A stretch of DNA of 35,933 bases from a virus (lineage: Duplodnaviria > Caudoviricetes). Made by a program: the position numbers and the translations under genes. Location: positions 1-35,933 of the IMG/VR virus record IMGVR_UViG_3300017722_000930, one strand, 5' to 3'. Of the stretch, positions 32,415 to 35,933 are shown one piece after another. The notes beneath the pieces were generated by a model. It was not told where the DNA came from and ran no database searches. It saw only the letters and a list, made by a program, of their open reading frames with translations. How positions within the stretch are numbered: position 1 is the stretch's first letter; each line of letters opens with the position of its first letter.

Positions 32415-34561
32415 GCGTAAGCCCCGACCGAGCCGCGTGTGCGCGCCGTGCCTGCCAGATCGAACGGGAACACTTCATCCGCAGCAGCTACACGGCCCAG
32501 CAGTGGTGATACACCGGGCAGCGTGTACGTCCCGCCGCCAGCACCAGCCACGGCCGACGCGCCGCTTGTGGTTGTCGCCTGCCAGTTGGTCCACGCCGTT
32601 GTCGCGGGAACTTGAACGGTCTGCGAGGTGGCGATGGTTGAGCCAATGCCGGGATATTCTGGTCCTTCGTTTGCGCCGACGATGTTCGCGCCCGTGTTGA
32701 CTAGCAGCGTGACGAGGTTCTTTGCCCCGACGCCATAAAGCGCGTGCCAGTTGCCAATGTGGTTTGGCGCATCACCCGGGTTAGGTGTGCCGTTGCCGTT
32801 TAAGCCAAGGAAAACATCCTCCTTGATGTAGAACCCGCCCGCCACGGTGTTTTTCAGGCGGCAGAACTTGTGTGTGCGGTTGGTCAGCGCCGTTTCGTCG
32901 TAAAACAGATTCATGCGCCCGACCTGATAGTGGCCCGCCGCAATAGTGTTGTTGTCTATCAGTACGTGGGTGAGGTTCTGCAAGCCGCTGTCAGACGACG
33001 CGCGGATGCCAGGGTTGCTAGTGGTCGTGTGGATAGCCTCAATCAAGTTCTGCGAGAACGAGCCTTGGCTGACCGGCGTTGATATGGTGGTTGAATTGCC
33101 AAACTCCCAAACAGACTGCGTCGTGCTGGCGTAGGCCAAAAAGCGGTTGAATTGCACGATGGCACCGCTTTCGGAACGCGTGCCGTAGTTCAACACGCCG
33201 GGTGCCGTTATTGTGCTGCCCAGCACAAGCCAGCCTTCTGTCTGAGCGCCCGCGCGATTGACCGACAAACCGCGCACCATGCGGATTTCGCCTGTAGCTG
33301 CTGAAAGCACGCCCGCTGCAGTTGCGTTGGTCATCGTGCAGCCGTCAAAAAGAATATGTGAATTGGCCAGCATCGTTCCGGTCTGGCTGTTGTTGTTAAA
33401 ATCAACGTCGTCTGCAATCATCACTCGCAGTTGGGTTCCGGCTTCGCCTTGAAGTGTAAATGCGCCGCCGCGCACGAACGTCAGATCGCGGAACAAAACC
33501 GCGCCTTCGGTAAGGCCTCCGATAAGCGTTCCAACGCCAAGCCGCGCACGCCATGTTGCCGCTTGCGTCACGATGGCCGCAGCCTTGGAAACCAGCGGGT
33601 CGCGCTCGACAATGACAGCCGCGCAAAGCTGGTTGCGCGCCGCGCCGGGGTCAGTCCCTAGATTAACACCATCGACGACGCGGATGCGACACCCGTCCAC
33701 ATTGGTTACCGCCGTCATTAGCCCGTTGATCGCACCCTGCACGGTCAGGAATGGGGTTGCCTTGGCCGTCACCGCATTCGTGGAGACGACACCCGTCGCG
33801 TCAATACCAGTGCTGGCGACATAGGCCAGCGGCGGGGCAGCGAAGCGCGTCACGTCCTTGTAGAAATAGCGCGGGCTAAACTCGCGCGCGACCGATGATG
33901 CTGAACTGTCAGCCACTGATCCAGTCGCCAGAGTACCGATCCACGGGTAGACCTTGGCGTTGCAGGTTATCAGCCCGGTCGCCAACGTCGTCGTGTCCAG
34001 TGTGGCCTGATAGACCAGCACCGCGTTCTTGTCGCCGGTATGGCCCGATACGGTCATGGTCGTCGTCGTGGCGGTCACTGTGTTGGTGCCATCGGTCGCC
34101 GTGAACACCACGCAGCGGAACGGACGGCCCGAGCGCGCCGACCAGTGGTTGCCGGTCACCTCAAGCGTGAGGCTATTGCCGATCAGTTGCCGGTCAAGCA
34201 TCGCCCAATTTGCAATTGGCTTTGGCATCGTTTCGGTGCTGTTGTTCGTCGCGCCGGAAACGGTGTCGGTAGAGAGGATGTAATCGGACAGCGCCACGGT
34301 CAGAGCGGTCAAGCTGGCCTCATTTGGAAATGCCTGCCGCGTCCGCTGCGTTGCAGTCAGCGTGTCTGTAATTGTCGTCGCCGTGCCTGTGTCGCTGAAG
34401 CCCGCGCGGCTGACCGAGAACGTCGTGAGCGGGTTCAGGCTTGGCGGGGTGGCTGCGTAGTCCACATTCCAGCCAAGCGTGTTGACGCTGGCGAAAGGTA
34501 CGGGCGCACCACCACCGACCTTGCGCGGACCTAAGCCTAGATCGATGCCAAGCCCTAGCAT
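32411..34561 (-). CDS. Large beta-helix-like protein (putative depolymerase/receptor-binding), about 716 aa
   Basis: Starts MLGLGIDLGLG at a TAATG overlap. Contains YVASTGID, PFLTVQGAI, Asn-ladder-like strands, and the C-terminus YTLPGVSP...DLAGTAR..GSVGAY typical of parallel beta-helix proteins. Confidence 0.7.
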   Translation of the reverse strand: MLGLGIDLGLGPRKVGGGAPVPFASVNTLGWNVDYAATPPSLNPLTTFSVSRAGFSDTGTATTITDTLTATQRTRQAFPNEASLTALTVALSDYILSTDTVSGATNNSTETMPKPIANWAMLDRQLIGNSLTLEVTGNHWSARSGRPFRCVVFTATDGTNTVTATTTTMTVSGHTGDKNAVLVYQATLDTTTLATGLITCNAKVYPWIGTLATGSVADSSASSVAREFSPRYFYKDVTRFAAPPLAYVASTGIDATGVVSTNAVTAKATPFLTVQGAINGLMTAVTNVDGCRIRVVDGVNLGTDPGAARNQLCAAVIVERDPLVSKAAAIVTQAATWRARLGVGTLIGGLTEGAVLFRDLTFVRGGAFTLQGEAGTQLRVMIADDVDFNNNSQTGTMLANSHILFDGCTMTNATAAGVLSAATGEIRMVRGLSVNRAGAQTEGWLVLGSTITAPGVLNYGTRSESGAIVQFNRFLAYASTTQSVWEFGNSTTISTPVSQGSFSQNLIEAIHTTTSNPGIRASSDSGLQNLTHVLIDNNTIAAGHYQVGRMNLFYDETALTNRTHKFCRLKNTVAGGFYIKEDVFLGLNGNGTPNPGDAPNHIGNWHALYGVGAKNLVTLLVNTGANIVGANEGPEYPGIGSTIATSQTVQVPATTAWTNWQATTTSGASAVAGAGGGTYTLPGVSPLLGRVAAADEVFPFDLAGTARTRGSVGAYA

Positions 34562-34770
34562 TATGCGTCCTTTCCGAGCGGCGTGCTTTCCGGCGCGGGA
34601 AACAGGCTGCGGCTGATCGTGCCAACGTGCTGCCACGCGAGGGTTACAAGGATGATGGCCGCTTCATGCGCACCGTCCGGCAAATGGCGGAACAAAACGA
34701 TCCCGGTCAGGATCGGCGCTGACACTGCAATGGTGAGCGCGACGTAGCTGCGGAGGTCCGAGGGGTTCAT
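34561..34770 (-). CDS. Small 2-TM membrane protein (holin/antiholin-like)
   Basis: Two hydrophobic segments, directly after the lysozyme. Confidence 0.6.
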   Translation of the reverse strand: MNPSDLRSYVALTIAVSAPILTGIVLFRHLPDGAHEAAIILVTLAWQHVGTISRSLFPAPESTPLGKDA

Positions 34771-35234
34771 TCGTCTGGTGTCCCGTATAATGCAGCTTCG
34801 GCTTCACGGCGGCGTGTCAGCCCCCGCATGACCTTGCGATCGTTCTTGTCCCACAAAAGGAACGCAACCTGCGCTGCGGGATAATTCCCCGCTTTATGGC
34901 GGCTCAAGACGGTCGAACCCGCAAGCGCCGTTGCCCCGATGTTGTAAGCCAGCGAAACGAGCGCAGCCATCTGGTGCGCGGTCGTCGGCGCATCATCCAA
35001 GAGCTTTGCGACCCTGTCCCCGAAAGCCGACAGGTCGGTCAAGAAGCGCTCATCTGCCTGCTCTTGCGTCCATACGACACCCGGCCCGATGCCCGCACCT
35101 GTCGAACCCCATCCAATCGTCCACGGATGCCCGTCGCGGCTTCCAGGATCAGGATAGGCCTTCAGCCTGCATCCTTCGAACTGGTGCATCAACTTGGTCG
35201 CAAGCGGTTGCCATGCCGTGACGGTAATGCTCAT
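34767..35234 (-). CDS. Endolysin, GH24 lysozyme
   Basis: FEGCRLKAYPDPGS...WTIGWGST (E-8x-D...T), ALVSLAYNIG and GLTRRREAE. Start at 35234 via ATGA overlap. Confidence 0.93.
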   Translation of the reverse strand: MSITVTAWQPLATKLMHQFEGCRLKAYPDPGSRDGHPWTIGWGSTGAGIGPGVVWTQEQADERFLTDLSAFGDRVAKLLDDAPTTAHQMAALVSLAYNIGATALAGSTVLSRHKAGNYPAAQVAFLLWDKNDRKVMRGLTRRREAEAALYGTPDE

Positions 35235-35425
35235 TTGCCGCCCTTTTTTCCAAGCATATTCTGCACCGTTTGCGTTTCGAATATCCGCAGCGCGGTCCAG
35301 ATGATCGTAAGGATCGCGGCAACGTGCGGCAGCATTTGCGTGAGCGTCCCCAACAGAGTTGTGATCGAAAGCATATCGAGCGCGAGCTTGATCCCGCCCG
35401 GTGTCTGTTCCCATAGATCGCGCAT
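35231..35425 (-). CDS. Holin-like protein
   Basis: 64 aa with hydrophobic segments and a basic C-terminus (LGKKGGK), just upstream of the endolysin. Confidence 0.7.
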   Translation of the reverse strand: MRDLWEQTPGGIKLALDMLSITTLLGTLTQMLPHVAAILTIIWTALRIFETQTVQNMLGKKGGK

Positions 35426-35547
35426 CACGCTAATGCCTTTGTCAGCGCTGCGATGACTTCAGCAGGCGCAGATGGAAACCATGAGATATAGCGCCCGCAA
35501 TCAATGCCGACCGCCACGCCGTTCCAGTAGATTAGGTTCTCATCCAT
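35425..35547 (-). CDS. Hypothetical protein (40 aa)
   Basis: MDENLIYWNGVAVGIDCGRYISWFPSAPAEVIAALTKALA*, with TAATG and TGATG overlaps. Confidence 0.55.
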   Translation of the reverse strand: MDENLIYWNGVAVGIDCGRYISWFPSAPAEVIAALTKALA

Positions 35548-35933
35548 TACGCCGTTCTCCCCACCTCAAACCACTGAACCCCGTTGTGCGCGATTGTGAG
35601 TGTGCTGTTGGCTGCGCTAGTGTAATTAGCCGCACCACTTAGGCGCACATTGTTGCTCGCGCCTGTGCTCGTTAATACAGATAAAATGCCGCTGAAAATA
35701 AACGTCACTCGACGCCCGGCCCATCCGCCATTAATGGATCCGAAGTTTGTAGTGCCGGTTACGTTGAATATTTCCCCGCGAGTGGGCAGATTAAGGATTG
35801 CCGCCGAGGCAATTGTTTCATTGCGGGCATTGCCGCCGACCACAGAATTGCCCGCTGCTAGGTCGTAATCATCAAGTCCACCGTAAAGTTTATTCGTCAC
35901 AACAGCCGCGTTGATAGGCAACGTAACTGTGTC
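35547..35933 (-). CDS. Tailspike, C-terminal part (continuation of 1..1521)
   Basis: Same frame through the 123-bp overlap. Ends in a beta-rich domain ...LTIAHNGVQWFEVGRTA*. Confidence 0.85.
   Translation of the reverse strand, partial: DTVTLPINAAVVTNKLYGGLDDYDLAAGNSVVGGNARNETIASAAILNLPTRGEIFNVTGTTNFGSINGGWAGRRVTFIFSGILSVLTSTGASNNVRLSGAANYTSAANSTLTIAHNGVQWFEVGRTA
35811..35933. repeat. Terminal direct repeat copy (identical to 1..123)
   Basis: Direct comparison of the two ends. Confidence 0.95.

Noticed and set aside
34562-35414. ORF-track starts at 34636 (beta-helix protein) and 35414 (lysozyme)
   Set aside because: Both would overlap the holin-like genes. The coupled starts at 34561 and 35234 fit better.
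1-35933. Stop-codon reassignment, tRNA genes, introns or inteins
   Set aside because: Core genes are full length under the standard code, terL and portal have normal lengths, and I saw no cloverleaf-like sequence in the short intergenic gaps (by eye only).

Overview
The window is an apparently complete, circularly permuted genome (about 35,810 bp after removing a 123-bp end overlap) of a P22-like podovirus, probably infecting an alphaproteobacterium. The minus strand carries a Cro-like regulator, a DnaA-domain-IV protein, RusA, a lambdoid replication initiator, TerS/TerL, P22-type portal, scaffold, coat, gp4 and gp10, DNA-ejection proteins, a tailspike spanning the contig join, and a lysis cassette (holins, GH24 lysozyme, Rz with embedded Rz1). 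The plus strand (23.8-30.2 kb) carries an early operon with ERF, a YqaJ exonuclease, a mini-SSB, a ParB-like DGQHR protein and many small ORFs. I found no integrase, CI repressor, Q antiterminator, tRNA, CRISPR array or reverse transcriptase. The most notable items are: (1) a probable programmed +1 frameshift (SD + GCAA hairpin + UUU_C) fusing an ejection protein to a lytic transglycosylase; (2) a cupin-SET methyltransferase fusion in the virion module; (3) a stand-alone RNA polymerase alpha-CTD protein just upstream of terS; (4) a structured leader with two candidate pseudoknots before the coat gene; (5) a convergent promoter pair and leader peptide suggesting antisense control of the replication gene. 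All assignments come from motif recognition by eye, with no database searches.
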